A stretch of DNA of 15,746 nt from a virus (lineage: Duplodnaviria; Heunggongvirae; Uroviricota; Caudoviricetes). The notes beneath the pieces were generated by a model, which was given only the letters and a program-made list of their open reading frames with translations, made no database searches and was not told where the DNA came from. The position numbers were made by a program, and so were the translations under genes. Position 1 is the stretch's first letter; each line of letters begins with the position of its first letter. The stretch lies in the IMG/VR virus record IMGVR_UViG_3300048590_001376. The stretch is one strand, 5' to 3'. Below are positions 15,476-15,746 of the stretch, one piece after another.

Positions 15476-15504
15476 ACTCTAAACTAAAGTTTATTTCGTG
15501 TCAA
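15476..15504 (-). promoter_or_regulatory. Sigma70 promoter TTGACA-N17-TAGAGT, leftward
   Basis: Perfect -35 (15499-15504) overlapping the HTH gene TGA, a 17-nt spacer and -10 TAGAGT (15476-15481). Confidence 0.75.
15480..15493. promoter_or_regulatory. Putative operator TAAACTAAAGTTTA
   Basis: TAAACT-N2-AGTTTA palindrome within the promoter spacer and -10; 13/14 identical to 1998-2011. Confidence 0.7.
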
Positions 15505-15746
15505 GCGGTTCGCCTTGGATTTTTTTGACACGGAGAAAGTAGCTCGTCAATTTTGACAGCAAGCGCTTCGGCCACTCTAGCAAGGAACGCGGCCGAAGGT
15601 AACTTAATCCCGCGAACCATGAGCGAAATCCTCATTTCGCTCTCACCAATCTTGCGAGCCAAGTCTGATTGGTTCATGCCGCGCAACAGCAGCAATCGCC
15701 GAACATTTTCGGCGATATACATTTTTGCTTCTTCGTCCGTGAGCAC
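15501..15746 (-). CDS. XRE/Cro-CI family HTH transcriptional regulator (start at the window edge, may be 5'-truncated)
   Basis: IAENVRRLLLLRGMNQSDLARKIGESEMRISLMVRGIKLPSAAFLARVAEAL, a typical HTH_3 pattern. Confidence 0.9.
   Translation of the reverse strand: MLTDEEAKMYIAENVRRLLLLRGMNQSDLARKIGESEMRISLMVRGIKLPSAAFLARVAEALAVKIDELLSPCQKNPRRTA

Larger units (their letters stand above)
1..15746 (-). mobile_element. Phage/prophage early regulation-recombination-replication module (partial)
   Basis: Co-oriented, tightly packed genes with ATGA/TAATG overlaps. The gene set (XRE HTH, HNH-AP2, exonuclease, AAA_24 ATPase, SSB-like, RecD2, primase, helicase-like NTPase) is typical of phage early regions. 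No boundaries, integrase or virion genes are in the window. Confidence 0.85.

Noticed and set aside
15520-15585. Plus-strand TTGACA hexamers inside the HTH gene as an antisense promoter
   Set aside because: No acceptable -10 at 16-18 nt spacing.

Overview
A phage or prophage early regulation, recombination and replication module, with all convincing genes on the minus strand. In transcription order (right to left) it carries an XRE-family HTH regulator, a sigma70-type promoter with a palindromic operator, and a structured leader ending in a terminator. Then come an HNH-AP2 endonuclease, a CsrA homolog with an ATC start codon (absent from the ORF track), a DnaQ/PolB-type 3'-5' exonuclease, a small ORF, an AAA_24/Sak4-like ATPase, a DUF669-like SSB, a RecD2 helicase and a stand-alone ERCC4 nuclease. 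These are followed by a coiled-coil/HhH(alphaCTD-like) protein, a Zn-ribbon protein, a degenerate DnaG-type primase, a small ORF, a P-loop helicase-like NTPase, an AT-rich repeat-laden ori-like region and a double Zn-ribbon protein. A second promoter carrying the same operator precedes about 950 nt of hairpin-dense sequence with no credible ORF (a candidate large structured ncRNA) and three hypothetical genes. No integrase, structural gene, tRNA or CRISPR array was seen. A Planctomycetota-like host is only an inference from gene content. All family calls come from motif recognition by eye, with no database searches.
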